Source of the DNA: Armatimonadota bacterium
GTDB taxonomy: Bacteria > Sysuimicrobiota > Sysuimicrobiia > Sysuimicrobiales > Humicultoraceae
Assembly (NCBI GenBank): GCA_037443365.1
Contig: JBBIOM010000003.1
Location: 75,959-116,371 of the forward strand
Direction: 5' to 3'
DNA: 40,413 nucleotides
Made by a program: the position numbers and the translations under genes. The notes beneath the pieces were generated by a model. The model made no database searches, had not been told where the DNA came from, and was given only the letters and a program-made list of their open reading frames with translations. Shown piece by piece: positions 17,076-26,614 of the stretch (positions are counted from its first letter, which is position 1; the number at the start of each line of letters is the position of its first letter).

Positions 17076-18220
17076 CCGCTCCCGCGCATCGCGCCCGGCC
17101 AGGCCGCAGCAGGCAATCGCGCCAGACGCGCGCGCACCTGGATCTCCAGGGCGGCCGTGTTGGGGTCGCCCACGGCCGCCAGCCACGCGATCGCGTCCAT
17201 CGCCTCCCAGAGCAGGGCGGCGGCCCGATCCGGTTGCCCGAGCCTCCGCTGCGCCACCTTGGCGGCCTCGATCAGCGCCCTTGCGCGCCTGGGGCCGCGA
17301 GTGAGGGCGGTGTGCTCCCACAGCGCCAGCAGTTCCTCCCATCGCCCGCCGCGGCGCAGCAGCCGGGCCAGCCGCAAGGCGATGCGCCAGCGTGAGGCGG
17401 GATCCTCCTCGGCGGACAGCGCGCAGCGCAGCGCATCCTCGGCATGGGCCTCGCGTTCGGCCCGCAGGCGCAGCACGCCCAGGCCTTCCCAGTCCACCGG
17501 GGGCGTAGGCTCCACGCCGTCCTCCACCCAGCGGCGCACCCTCCGCCGCAGGTGCAGCAGGGTGAGAACGTCCTGGCGGTTGTGCTCGAAGACCGGCTCC
17601 AGGGAGGCCGCATCCCCGGTGCGCAGGTAGTCCAGGTAGAGCCCTGGGATCTGGGCCGCGTCAACGTCATCCGTGCGGTCGATGCCGAGCGCCTGCCGCT
17701 CGATTACCGAGAGCCGGTAGGTGCCCAGCGGCCGGTGCCACAGCCTGCGCGCCGCGCCGATCAGGTCGTGGTGCTGTGCAGGGGGCTCCAGCCGCGTCCG
17801 GTTCACGACCCCGCGCGCTTCCAGGATCGGCCAGTCGAACCTCCGGCCGTTGAACGTGACGAGCGTCGCAGCCCCGGCCAGGCGCTCGCGCAGCGCTTCC
17901 AGCATGGCGGCCTCGCCGGAGAGGCGGCGCAGGAAGAACTGCTCGGTCACGACCTCGCCGTCCGCGATGCAGGCCAGGCCCACGAGGAATGCTGTTGTGC
18001 CGGTGCCGCCGGCAAGACCCGTGGTCTCGGTGTCGAGGAACAGGGCGCTCGCATCCGCCGGGTGCGGCTGCTCGCGCCCGAGTACCTCGCCTGCATCGCG
18101 CCTGTGCCGGCGGATCTCGAAGGCGGGTCCGTCCTGCGCGGGCGTCCGTGACGAGGACGCCCGCCGGAGTGCCCCCAGCATCTCCAGCCTACCGGCCAGC
18201 GTCGGGGATGAGCCGGGCAT
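17072..18220 (-). CDS. mrfB: RNase H-like DEDDh exonuclease with C-terminal TPR-like helices (YprB/MrfB-like)
   Basis: FLDTETTGLAGG, TFNGRRFDWP and HNRQDV (Exo I-III motifs). Overlaps the end of the DUF1998 helicase gene. Confidence 0.82.
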   Translation of the reverse strand: MPGSSPTLAGRLEMLGALRRASSSRTPAQDGPAFEIRRHRRDAGEVLGREQPHPADASALFLDTETTGLAGGTGTTAFLVGLACIADGEVVTEQFFLRRLSGEAAMLEALRERLAGAATLVTFNGRRFDWPILEARGVVNRTRLEPPAQHHDLIGAARRLWHRPLGTYRLSVIERQALGIDRTDDVDAAQIPGLYLDYLRTGDAASLEPVFEHNRQDVLTLLHLRRRVRRWVEDGVEPTPPVDWEGLGVLRLRAEREAHAEDALRCALSAEEDPASRWRIALRLARLLRRGGRWEELLALWEHTALTRGPRRARALIEAAKVAQRRLGQPDRAAALLWEAMDAIAWLAAVGDPNTAALEIQVRARLARLPAAAWPGAMRGSG

Positions 18221-20453
18221 CGAGTATCTCCAGCGCGAGGGCCTTGCCGCCGCTCCCCACTTCCAGCACCGGCCCGACGCACGATGGGCAGCCGGCCTCG
18301 CACGGGCACTCCGCGATCAGGTCCCGGGCGGCGGAGAGCACCTGGGGGTGCATTCGGTACAGCCTCTCCGCGAATCCCACCCCGCCAGGGAAGGCGTCGT
18401 AGAGAAAGACCGTTGGCCGGTCGGTGTGCGGGGAGTGCACCTCGTAGGTGCGGCCCAGATCGTGCGGGTCGCACATCAAGAACAGCGCGGCCACGTGCGC
18501 CAGGGAATGGGACAATCCCACCAGGAGCCCCTGCAGCTCGTGCTGGGGCACGGGCAGAGCGGGCAGCGCCAGCCAGTAGGCCGTTGTGTGCAGCGTGGAT
18601 TCGGGCAGGTGGATCGGCCCCCAACCGACGTTCTCGTGCCGCTCGAGCGTCATCTTCTTGAAGATCGTGGGCCGGTAGGTGACCACGACCTCGCCGTGGG
18701 CCGGCCCGCCTCTGGCTGCGCCCGGCGCGAACTCCGCCAGCACCCGGATGTCGGTCGCGATCTGGGCGGTGGTGTAGTAATCTACCTCGACACGGTGGAC
18801 GTACGCCTTGCGCTCCTCCCACTCGAGCCGGTCCACGTGGTACTGCTGGCCCAGGTGCATGTAGATCGCGTCCTCGTGCACGAGGCCAGGAGCCCCGGCC
18901 AGATCCACCTCTCCCACGACCCGGGGCGCTGGGTCCGTTGTGTCAATGATGACGACGTTCTCGGTGGAGGCGCTGCGCAGCGAGATGTCCTGGGCCGGAT
19001 AGGCGTCGGCCACGTAGTGCCAGCGGTCTCCGTCCCGGTGCACGATCTGCTGCGACCGCAGGTACTCCAGGATCTCGGGCAGCGTGCTCGGTCCGAACCG
19101 CTCGTCGAGCTCAAATGGCAGCTCGAACGCCGCGGCACGCACGTGGCTGGTCAGGATGTACAGGTTGTCGGGGTTGACGAGGCCGGCCTCAGGTGACTGC
19201 CCGAAGAAGTACTCGGGATGCCGCACGATGTACTGGTCGAGCGGGTCGCTGGTGGCGACGAGGACCGCCGCGGACAGGTCCTGCGTGCGGCCCGCGCGTC
19301 CTGCCTGCTGCCAGGTTGACGCCACCGTGCCGGGATATCCGACGAGCAGCGCCGCCTGCAGGCGGCCTATGTCAATGCCGAGTTCGAGCGCATTCGTGGC
19401 GGCGACTGCCAGCACGTTCCCGTCTCTCAGACCCTTCTCTATGGCGCGCCGCTCGGACGGCAGGTAGCCCGCGCGGTACCCGGCTATGCGCCCCGGCGGG
19501 ATCTGGTGGTCGGAGGCGACCGCCTGGAACCGCGCGGTCAGGAGCTCGGTGGCGCGGCGGCTGCGCGCGAACGCGATCAGCGGGATCCGGTTGCGTATGA
19601 ACTCGCCGGCCAGGCTGCCGGCCTCGGAGAGCGCGTCCCGGCGGATGCCCAGCTCGCGGTTGACGACCGGCGGGTTGTAGAACGCCAATACCTTAGGGCC
19701 GCTGGGGGATCCGTTGTCGTCCACCAGGGCCACCTCTTCTTCCAGCAGGCGCTCGGCCAGCTCCCTGGGGTTGCCGATGGTGGCCGAGGTGAAGATAACC
19801 TGGGGCCGGCTGCCGTAGAACCGGCAGATGCGCCGCAGCCGCCGCAGCACGTTTGCGACGTGGCTTCCAAACACCCCGCGGTATGTGTGCAGCTCGTCCA
19901 CGACGATGTAGCGCAGGTTCTCGAACAGGCGCAGCCACTTTGTGTGGTGCGGCAGGATCGCCGCGTGCAGCATGTCGGGGTTGGTTACGACGACGTGCCC
20001 GGCCGTCCGGATGGCTCGACGGGCCGCCCCCGGCGTATCGCCGTCGTAGGTATAGGCCTTGATGTCGGCCTGCAGGGCGCCAACCAGCGTCTGCAGTTCG
20101 TCCACCTGGTCCATGGACAGGGCCTTGGTGGGAAACAGGTAGAGCGCGCGGGTCTGTGGCGCGGCCAGCAACGCGTTGAGGACCGGCAGGTTGTAGCACA
20201 GCGTCTTGCCCGACGCTGTCGGCGTGACCACGGCCACGTGCCGTCCCGAGCGCACGATCTCGAAGGCCTGAGCCTGGTGCGTGTAGAGTTCCTCGATACC
20301 CGTGCGCCGGAGCGCCCCAACCAGGCGCGCGTCCACATCGGCGGGGATGGGCGCATACCGGCCTGGCCTCGCAGGTATGCTGTGCCAGGCGGTGATGCAC
20401 CTGGCCCACGCGGGATTGGTGCGCAGCGCGGTCAGGATCTGCTCGAGCGTCAT
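18189..20453 (-). CDS. mrfA: DEAH-box helicase with DUF1998 Zn-binding C-terminus (YprA/MrfA/Hrq1 family)
   Basis: LYTHQ, TPTASGKT, PTKALSMDQ, TNPDMLH, DELH, SATIGNP, ATNALELGIDIG and QAGRAGR. C-terminal MCD...YDAFPGGVG...CPCEAGCPSC. Confidence 0.9.
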   Translation of the reverse strand: MTLEQILTALRTNPAWARCITAWHSIPARPGRYAPIPADVDARLVGALRRTGIEELYTHQAQAFEIVRSGRHVAVVTPTASGKTLCYNLPVLNALLAAPQTRALYLFPTKALSMDQVDELQTLVGALQADIKAYTYDGDTPGAARRAIRTAGHVVVTNPDMLHAAILPHHTKWLRLFENLRYIVVDELHTYRGVFGSHVANVLRRLRRICRFYGSRPQVIFTSATIGNPRELAERLLEEEVALVDDNGSPSGPKVLAFYNPPVVNRELGIRRDALSEAGSLAGEFIRNRIPLIAFARSRRATELLTARFQAVASDHQIPPGRIAGYRAGYLPSERRAIEKGLRDGNVLAVAATNALELGIDIGRLQAALLVGYPGTVASTWQQAGRAGRTQDLSAAVLVATSDPLDQYIVRHPEYFFGQSPEAGLVNPDNLYILTSHVRAAAFELPFELDERFGPSTLPEILEYLRSQQIVHRDGDRWHYVADAYPAQDISLRSASTENVVIIDTTDPAPRVVGEVDLAGAPGLVHEDAIYMHLGQQYHVDRLEWEERKAYVHRVEVDYYTTAQIATDIRVLAEFAPGAARGGPAHGEVVVTYRPTIFKKMTLERHENVGWGPIHLPESTLHTTAYWLALPALPVPQHELQGLLVGLSHSLAHVAALFLMCDPHDLGRTYEVHSPHTDRPTVFLYDAFPGGVGFAERLYRMHPQVLSAARDLIAECPCEAGCPSCVGPVLEVGSGGKALALEILDARLIPDAGR

Positions 20454-20477
20454 GCCGTCACCAGCGAAGCGAAGATA

Positions 20478-20491
20478 CGAACACAAGTTCG
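20478..20491. promoter_or_regulatory. LexA-binding SOS box (Gram-positive type CGAAC-N4-GTTCG) upstream of mrfAB
   Basis: CGAAC-ACAA-GTTCG lies 24 nt upstream of the helicase ATG in an intergenic region. Confidence 0.75.
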
Positions 20492-20497
20492 ACAACG

Positions 20498-20537
20498 ACC
20501 GGGCCCGCCTCCTCCTGCGTAAGGAGGCCGGCCCGGT
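20498..20537. terminator. Imperfect GC-rich hairpin, possible terminator between the small membrane gene and the mrfA promoter
   Basis: ACCGGGCC-c-GCCTCCT...AGGAGGC-c-GGCCCGGT: 8+7 bp with one C-C mismatch. No clear U-tract. Confidence 0.4.
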
Positions 20538-20551
20538 GATGTGGGGCGGGG

Positions 20552-20716
20552 CTAGATTCGCGCTGCGCGGATCAATGCCAGCGCCACGAGGAGGAGGAAG
20601 GCCACCCCCGTGAGCGCCATCCATGTCCCGACCTGACTGAGGGCTCGCAGCGCCAGGACCCAGCCGATGGCAAGGCCGGTCAGGCCGAGCATCAATCGGG
20701 GGACGGTGAAGGTCAT
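20552..20716 (-). CDS. Small (54 aa) two-helix membrane protein, not in the ORF track
   Basis: MTFTVPRLMLGLTGLAIGWVLALRALSQVGTWMALTGVAFLLLVALALIRAARI*. GGAG SD upstream of the ATG. Fills the gap between two minus-strand genes. Confidence 0.65.
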   Translation of the reverse strand: MTFTVPRLMLGLTGLAIGWVLALRALSQVGTWMALTGVAFLLLVALALIRAARI

Positions 20717-20770
20717 CTTCGCTCCATGATCGGCGTCATCGAATGGAGTTATTCCCCGATGAGGGCGGGT

Positions 20771-21841
20771 TCAGTCAGGCATGTTTCGGTTGCGCAGCCG
20801 TTCCTGCTCCCACGCGGCGAAGTCGGCGGGCGGACGGACGATCTCGGCTTCGGGCCTGCGCCGAAGGGTCGCGGCCCCGGTCGTGCAACCTGTCACGCAG
20901 AGGCCGCAGCCGATGCAGCGCGGCCGATCCACGATCGACACCCCACCGTCCGTGGTGATCGCGTGCACCTGGCAGCGCGCCTCACACATTCCGCATGCCG
21001 CGCAGAGTTCAGGGTCCACCTCGGCGTAGTAGGCGGCATAGGCGACCGAGTTGGAGATCCCCCAATCCGTGATCCCTCTCAGCAGGCCGCAGCAGCATCC
21101 GCAGCAGTTGCAGACGTAGCCCACGCCCTCGATCACGTTGCTGACCGTGTGGACGAGGCCGACCTCCTCGCTGCGTTCCAAGATGCCGAGCGCCTCCTCA
21201 CGCGAGATGTCGCCCTCCCGCGGAGGGCGCTCCACTCCTGAGAAGCTGAGGCACATGTCCATCGGGTAGTCGCACCGGCGGCCCAGTCGCTCCTGCTGCA
21301 CGCGACAGATGCAGCCGCGCACGCTGAACACCTTCGCCGACCCCAGTATCGCGCGGACGTCGTCATAGGGGAGGATCCACTCGGCACGGACCGCGCCATG
21401 GGCAGGCACCACGCGGTGCAGCGCGGGCTGCGGCCTCATTATCCCCGCTGCGCCGCCGCCGGCGAGGTACTCCTCGACCAGCCGGGCAAGATCGTCATCC
21501 AGGCTACCGAACTGCGCCTCGTAGATGCCGACTATGAAGGGAGCCAGGCGGAACCGCCCGCCGGCTTCTTTCTTGTCGAACCACGCCAACCCGCGGCGCG
21601 CCATCTGCACGAGCCGGGTGCGCGCCTCGTCCTCAGGCATGCCCAGACGGCTGGCGATCTCGGAGGTGGGCTCCATCCTGCCTGACAGGCACGCGGCCAG
21701 GGAGGCTTCGTCGGGCGAGAAGATCTTCCTCAGTATCTGGATCTCTGTGCCCCCGGGGGTTCTCGGGAAGCCGTTTGGGAGTCTGTCCAGGGCGTCTGCG
21801 AGCCGTTCGTAGACTTCCGCATCGCCTGCGGGTGCGCTCAT
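20771..21841 (-). CDS. 4Fe-4S dicluster protein with N-terminal winged-helix-like region and Cys-rich core
   Basis: CICR, CLSF, CNCCGCCCG, and two ferredoxin motifs CAACGMCEARC and CIGCGLCVTGC. Confidence 0.85.
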   Translation of the reverse strand: MSAPAGDAEVYERLADALDRLPNGFPRTPGGTEIQILRKIFSPDEASLAACLSGRMEPTSEIASRLGMPEDEARTRLVQMARRGLAWFDKKEAGGRFRLAPFIVGIYEAQFGSLDDDLARLVEEYLAGGGAAGIMRPQPALHRVVPAHGAVRAEWILPYDDVRAILGSAKVFSVRGCICRVQQERLGRRCDYPMDMCLSFSGVERPPREGDISREEALGILERSEEVGLVHTVSNVIEGVGYVCNCCGCCCGLLRGITDWGISNSVAYAAYYAEVDPELCAACGMCEARCQVHAITTDGGVSIVDRPRCIGCGLCVTGCTTGAATLRRRPEAEIVRPPADFAAWEQERLRNRNMPD

Positions 21842-21903
21842 GAGACCCCCTTCCACCAGTGCGCGTGATTTCCCTCTGCCGGTAGAGGGCATCACAAGTC
21901 CCC

Positions 21904-21932
21904 TTGACAACTGCGACGCCCCTGACTAGTAT
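21904..21932 (+). promoter_or_regulatory. Sigma70 promoter of the T-box/leu operon
   Basis: TTGACA (21904-21909), 17-nt spacer, TAGTAT (21927-21932). Confidence 0.7.
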
Positions 21933-21970
21933 GCTTCCAATCGCTTGGGCTGCTTGTATCTACACGGCAT

Positions 21971-22216
21971 GCGATGAGGGGAAGCAGTAGGCGGTCGCGC
22001 GGAGAAGAGCGAGCCGGACCCGGTGTGAGCCGGTCTTCGCACCCGCCGAATCTCGTCCCCGAGCAGCGGGCCTGAACCCGAGTAGGGTCCGCCGTTCGCC
22101 CACGATACGGGATCGAGGGCCCCCCGGTGAGTGCCGGCGGGGAACTAAGGTGGTACCGCGGGAGCATCCGTCCTTAGGATGTCTCCCGCGTCGCGTTCTT
22201 GGGAGCAGCAAGGAGG
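21971..22216 (+). ncRNA. T-box riboswitch, Leu specifier (CUC)
   Basis: Stem I has a GA motif, AGTA, AGCGA, GGTGTGA loop and GAA-T-CTC-G specifier (CTC at 22052-22054). Stem II has a GAA/AGTA S-turn. Stem III is present. T-box AAGGTGGTACCGCG (22147-22160) pairs with CGTCCTT. Located upstream of leuA. Confidence 0.92.
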
Positions 22217-22222
22217 ATCCTG

Positions 22223-23764
22223 ATGGAAGATGTCGTTCGCATCTTCGACACGACGCTGCGCGACGGCGAGCAATCCCCGGGCTTCTCGATGACGCCCTCC
22301 GAGAAGCTGGCGCTGGCCCGGCAGCTCGAGGAGATGCGCGTGGACGTCATCGAGGCAGGGTTTCCGGTGGCGTCGCCCGGCGATATGGAAGCCGTGCGCG
22401 CAGTGGGCAGGCAGGTGCGAGAGAGCACCGTCGCCGCCCTGTCACGCGCCAATCCCCGTGACGTGGAATCCGCGGCCGAGGCGCTGCGCCAGGCCGCCAG
22501 GCCCCGGATACACGTGTTCATCGCCACCTCGCCCGTCCACATGGAGCACAAACTGCGGATGACGCCGGGCGAGGTCCTGGAGGCCGCAGTCGGAGCCGTG
22601 CGGCTGGCGCGGCGCCACACCGACGACGTCGAGTTCTCGGCCGAGGACGCCAGCCGATCCGAGGTGGAGTTCCTGTGTCGTATCTACGAGGCCGTCATCC
22701 GTGCCGGCGCCACCGTGATCAACGTTCCGGATACCGTCGGGTACACGACCCCGCACGAGTACGGCGCGCTGATCCGGGCGCTGCGCGAGCGCGTTGAAGG
22801 CGGCGACCACATCACCTGGAGCGTTCACTGCCACGACGACCTGGGTCTGGCCGTGGCCAACTCGCTGGCCGCGGTCGCCGCGGGAGCCCGGCAGGTCGAG
22901 TGCACGATCAACGGGATCGGCGAGCGCGCGGGAAACGCCGCCCTGGAAGAGGTGGTCATGGCGCTGCGCACCCGGCGCGACGCCTACGGCGCACGCACGG
23001 AGATTGACACCACGCGGCTGCACCGGGTGAGCCGCCTGCTTACCGCCCTCACCGGTGTCGCGGTGCAGCCCAACAAGGCCATAGTGGGCGAGAACGCGTT
23101 TGCTCACGAGGCGGGCATCCACCAGCACGGCGTGCTGGCCAATCGAACCACGTACGAGATCATGCGTCCCGAGGACGTCGGGCTGCCCACGAACCGGCTG
23201 GTGTTGGGCAAGCACTCGGGGCGCCACGCCTTCCGGAAGGCGCTGGAAGGCCAGGGGGTTCGGCTCGACGAGCCGGCCCTGGACCGCACGTTCGCGCGCT
23301 TCAAGGCCCTGGCCGACAGGAAGAAGCGGGTGGCGATCGAGGACATCCTGGCCCTGGTGGAAGAGGAGATACGCACCGCGCCCGCGCGCTACGTCCTGAG
23401 GTCGTTTCACGTGATAACGGGCACCGGCGTGCCGCCCTGCGCGACGGTCGCGCTCGATGGTGACGGCGGCCCCATGACCGCCTCGGCCTCAGGGGACGGC
23501 CCGGTGGACGCGCTGTGCGCGGCGGTAAACGCCATGACAGGGCTGCGGGCGCAGCTGGTCGCCTACGGGATCCGGGCCGTCACCGGAGGAACGGACGCGC
23601 TGGGCGAGGTGACCGCGCGCGTGCGCGAGGGCGATACAGAGGTGGCAGGACGGGCCAGCAGCACGGACATCCTGGAGGGCAGCGTCATGGCATACCTCGA
23701 CGCGGTGAACCGTCTGTTCGTGGCCCGCGAAGCAGCGAAGGCAGGTGGTCCGGCATGGGGATGA
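22223..23764 (+). CDS. leuA: 2-isopropylmalate synthase
   Basis: [47 protein letters not shown] and a C-terminal regulatory domain (GDGPVDA). Confidence 0.96.
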   Translation: MEDVVRIFDTTLRDGEQSPGFSMTPSEKLALARQLEEMRVDVIEAGFPVASPGDMEAVRAVGRQVRESTVAALSRANPRDVESAAEALRQAARPRIHVFIATSPVHMEHKLRMTPGEVLEAAVGAVRLARRHTDDVEFSAEDASRSEVEFLCRIYEAVIRAGATVINVPDTVGYTTPHEYGALIRALRERVEGGDHITWSVHCHDDLGLAVANSLAAVAAGARQVECTINGIGERAGNAALEEVVMALRTRRDAYGARTEIDTTRLHRVSRLLTALTGVAVQPNKAIVGENAFAHEAGIHQHGVLANRTTYEIMRPEDVGLPTNRLVLGKHSGRHAFRKALEGQGVRLDEPALDRTFARFKALADRKKRVAIEDILALVEEEIRTAPARYVLRSFHVITGTGVPPCATVALDGDGGPMTASASGDGPVDALCAAVNAMTGLRAQLVAYGIRAVTGGTDALGEVTARVREGDTEVAGRASSTDILEGSVMAYLDAVNRLFVAREAAKAGGPAWG

Positions 23765-25020
23765 CCCTGACAGAGAAGATCCTGGCCGCCCACGCGGGCG
23801 TGGAGCGCGTTCGCCCCGGAGAACTCATCGAGGCCCGCGTGGACTTCTGCTTTGCCAACGACATCACGGCGCCGCTGGCGTTCCGCGAGTTCGAGCGCAT
23901 CGGACTTCCGGCCGTCTTTGATCGCGAGCGGGTGGCGCTCGTCCCGGATCACTACGCGCCCAGCAAGGACATCGCCTCGGCCGAGCAGTGCAGGTCCGTG
24001 CGCGAGTTCGCGCACCGGTACGGCATCGTTCACTACTACGAGATCGGACGGGCGGGCATCGGGCACGTGATGCTGGCCGAGATGGGGCTGGCTCTTCCGG
24101 GCGAGGTCTTCGTGGGCGCCGACTCGCACACGTGCACTCACGGAGCGCTCGGGGCCTTCTCGACCGGCGTCGGCTCGTCGGACCTGGCGGCGGTCATGGC
24201 CACCGGCCGCCTGTGGTTCCGCGTGCCCGAGACGCTGCGCTTCGTGTTCCGCGGCCAACCCGCTCCGTGGGTGACCGGCAAGGACCTGATACTCCAGGTG
24301 ATAGGCGACATCGGGGTGGACGGCGCCCGATACCGCGCCATGGAGTTCGCCGGCGAGGCCCTCCGGCACCTCTCCATGGATGAGCGGTTCACCATGACGA
24401 ACATGGCCATCGAGGCGGGCGCGAAGAACGGCATCATGGAGCCGGACGCCACCGTCCTGGATTGGGTCACCCCGCGCGCTCAGAGGAGGTTTGAGCCCGT
24501 ATTCGCAGACCCCGACGCGGAGTACGCCGCCGTGTATGAGTACTGCGCCGACGAACTGGAGCCCCTGGTCGCGGTCCCCTCGTCGCCCGGGATCGTCGTG
24601 CCGGTGAACTTCGCCGCCGGGGTGCCGGTGGATCAGTGCTTCATCGGCACCTGCACCAACGGGCGCATCGAGGACCTTCGCGTGGCGGCCCGCGTCCTGG
24701 CCGGACGCACGGTGCACCCTCGGACCCGTTTGCTGGTGATCCCGGCCACCCCGGCGATCTACCGCCAGGCCATGGAGGAGGACCTGATCCGCGTCTTCCT
24801 GGACGCCGGCGCGGTGATCGGCGCGCCCACCTGCGGTCCATGCATAGGCGGGCACATGGGCGTGCTGGCCTCGGGCGAGGTGTGCGTCAGCACATCGTCG
24901 CGCAACTTCATCGGCCGCATGGGGCACCGCGACAGCAGAGTCTATCTCTCGGGGCCGGCCGTGGCCGCGGCCACCGCGGTCATGGGCAGAGTGGCGCACC
25001 CGGAGGAGGTGCTCTCATGA
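23755..25020 (+). CDS. leuC: 3-isopropylmalate dehydratase large subunit (short type-2 LeuC)
   Basis: [45 protein letters not shown] and RNFIGRMG. Confidence 0.95.
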   Translation: MGMTLTEKILAAHAGVERVRPGELIEARVDFCFANDITAPLAFREFERIGLPAVFDRERVALVPDHYAPSKDIASAEQCRSVREFAHRYGIVHYYEIGRAGIGHVMLAEMGLALPGEVFVGADSHTCTHGALGAFSTGVGSSDLAAVMATGRLWFRVPETLRFVFRGQPAPWVTGKDLILQVIGDIGVDGARYRAMEFAGEALRHLSMDERFTMTNMAIEAGAKNGIMEPDATVLDWVTPRAQRRFEPVFADPDAEYAAVYEYCADELEPLVAVPSSPGIVVPVNFAAGVPVDQCFIGTCTNGRIEDLRVAARVLAGRTVHPRTRLLVIPATPAIYRQAMEEDLIRVFLDAGAVIGAPTCGPCIGGHMGVLASGEVCVSTSSRNFIGRMGHRDSRVYLSGPAVAAATAVMGRVAHPEEVLS

Positions 25021-25526
25021 TCTTCGTCGGCACGGCCTGGAAGGTTGGCGACCACGTGGACACCGACGCGATAATCCCGGCGCGCCATCTGGTGACCACC
25101 GATCCGGAGGCGCTGGCCCGGCACTGCTTCGAGGACCTGGATCCCGGCCTGGCCGCGAGGATCCAGCCAGGCGACATCCTGGTCGCCGGCGAGAACTTCG
25201 GGCAGGGCTCTTCGCGCGAGCACGCGCCCATCGCGATCAAGGCGGCCGGAATCGCCTGCGTGGTGGCCCGCTCGTACGCGCGCATCTTCTACCGCAACGC
25301 CTTCAACATCGGCCTGCCGTTGCTGGAGTGCGCGGATCTGCACGATGCGACCGAGAGCGGGGACCGCATCAGCGTGGACAACGAAACCGGGAGGATCGTC
25401 AACGAGACGCGCGGCACGACGCACACCGCGGCCCCCCTGCCCGAGTTCATGCGGACGTTGATCGCCGCCGGAGGCATAATAGAATACGTGCGCCGCCAGG
25501 TGGCACCAGGGAGGGGGGGTGCGTGA
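25017..25526 (+). CDS. leuD: 3-isopropylmalate dehydratase small subunit
   Basis: DTDAIIPARHL, GENFGQGSSREHA and ARIFYRNAFNIGLP. ATGA overlap. Confidence 0.95.
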   Translation: MIFVGTAWKVGDHVDTDAIIPARHLVTTDPEALARHCFEDLDPGLAARIQPGDILVAGENFGQGSSREHAPIAIKAAGIACVVARSYARIFYRNAFNIGLPLLECADLHDATESGDRISVDNETGRIVNETRGTTHTAAPLPEFMRTLIAAGGIIEYVRRQVAPGRGGA

Positions 25527-26602
25527 ACCACGTGCGGGCACGGATAGTTGTCCTCTCAGGGGACGGCATCGGCCCCGAGGTCACGGCCGAAGCGGTGAAG
25601 GTGCTGCGCGCGGTTGCATCCACGCGCGGCCACGATCTCTCATTTGAAGAAGCCCCTGTGGGAGCCGCGGCGCTGTGCGCGGGCCTGCCGGCGCTTCCTC
25701 CCTCGACGCTCGATGCATGCCGCCAGGCCGACGCGGTGCTGCTGGGCGCTGTGGGCGGTCCCGAGTGGGACGGCCTGCCGCCTGACCAGCGGCCCGAGGC
25801 CGCGCTGTTCGGTCTGCGCCGGGGGCTGCGCCTGTACGCCAACCTGCGCCCGGTCCGCTTCCTGGCCGGGTGCGCCGCCGCTAGTCCGCTTCGCGTCCAG
25901 GTGTTGGAGGGAACCGACCTCCTGATAGTGCGGGAACTGACGGGCGGGCTCTACTTCGGAGAGCCCCGGGGATGCGCAACGAAGGACGGCATGCGGACCG
26001 CGGTGGACACGCTCATCTACTCAGAGGAGGAGATCCGCCGCATCGCCCGGGTGGCATTCGACGCTGCCCGGCTGCGCCGCGGCCGCGTCACGTCTGTTGA
26101 CAAGGTCAACGTGCTGCACTCTTCGCGGCTCTGGCGCGAGGTGGTGATCGAGGTCGCGCGCGACTACCCTGACGTGACGCTCGATCACATGCTGGTGGAC
26201 ACCGCCGCGATGCAGATGGTGCGCAGGCCAACCGCGTTCGACGTCCTGCTGACGGAGAACATGTTCGGCGACATCCTGAGCGACCTGGGCGCGGGCCTGG
26301 TCGGATCGCTCGGGCTGCTGCCCTCTGCCAGCCTGGGCGCGGATGGCCCCTCGCTCTACGAACCCGTTCACGGCACCGCGCCCGACATCGCGGGCCGCGG
26401 GATCGCCAACCCGATCGGGGCCATCCTCAGCGCGGCAATGCTGCTGCGTTACGCCCTGCGCCAGGACGACGCCGCTTCGCAGGTCGAGGGTGCCGTATGC
26501 CGCGCGCTGGCAGAAGGCTACAGGACGGCCGATCTGTCCGGCAGCGGTCCGGCGCTTTCCACCTCGGGCTTCGGCGACCGCGTCGCGGCCATGCTGCGCT
26601 GA
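25523..26602 (+). CDS. leuB: 3-isopropylmalate dehydrogenase
   Basis: GDGIGPEV, LLGAVGGP, ANLRP, VRELTGGLYFG, NMFGDILSD and YEPVHGTAPDIAG. GTGA overlap. Confidence 0.96.
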   Translation: MNHVRARIVVLSGDGIGPEVTAEAVKVLRAVASTRGHDLSFEEAPVGAAALCAGLPALPPSTLDACRQADAVLLGAVGGPEWDGLPPDQRPEAALFGLRRGLRLYANLRPVRFLAGCAAASPLRVQVLEGTDLLIVRELTGGLYFGEPRGCATKDGMRTAVDTLIYSEEEIRRIARVAFDAARLRRGRVTSVDKVNVLHSSRLWREVVIEVARDYPDVTLDHMLVDTAAMQMVRRPTAFDVLLTENMFGDILSDLGAGLVGSLGLLPSASLGADGPSLYEPVHGTAPDIAGRGIANPIGAILSAAMLLRYALRQDDAASQVEGAVCRALAEGYRTADLSGSGPALSTSGFGDRVAAMLR

Positions 26603-26614
26603 CAGCAGCGCTCG

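Noticed and set aside
17072..20453. DUF1998 helicase plus nuclease as an anti-phage system (DISARM/Druantia/Dpd)
   Set aside because: There is no methylase, PLD or other defence partner. The helicase-plus-DEDDh/TPR architecture and the SOS box fit the MrfAB repair pair.
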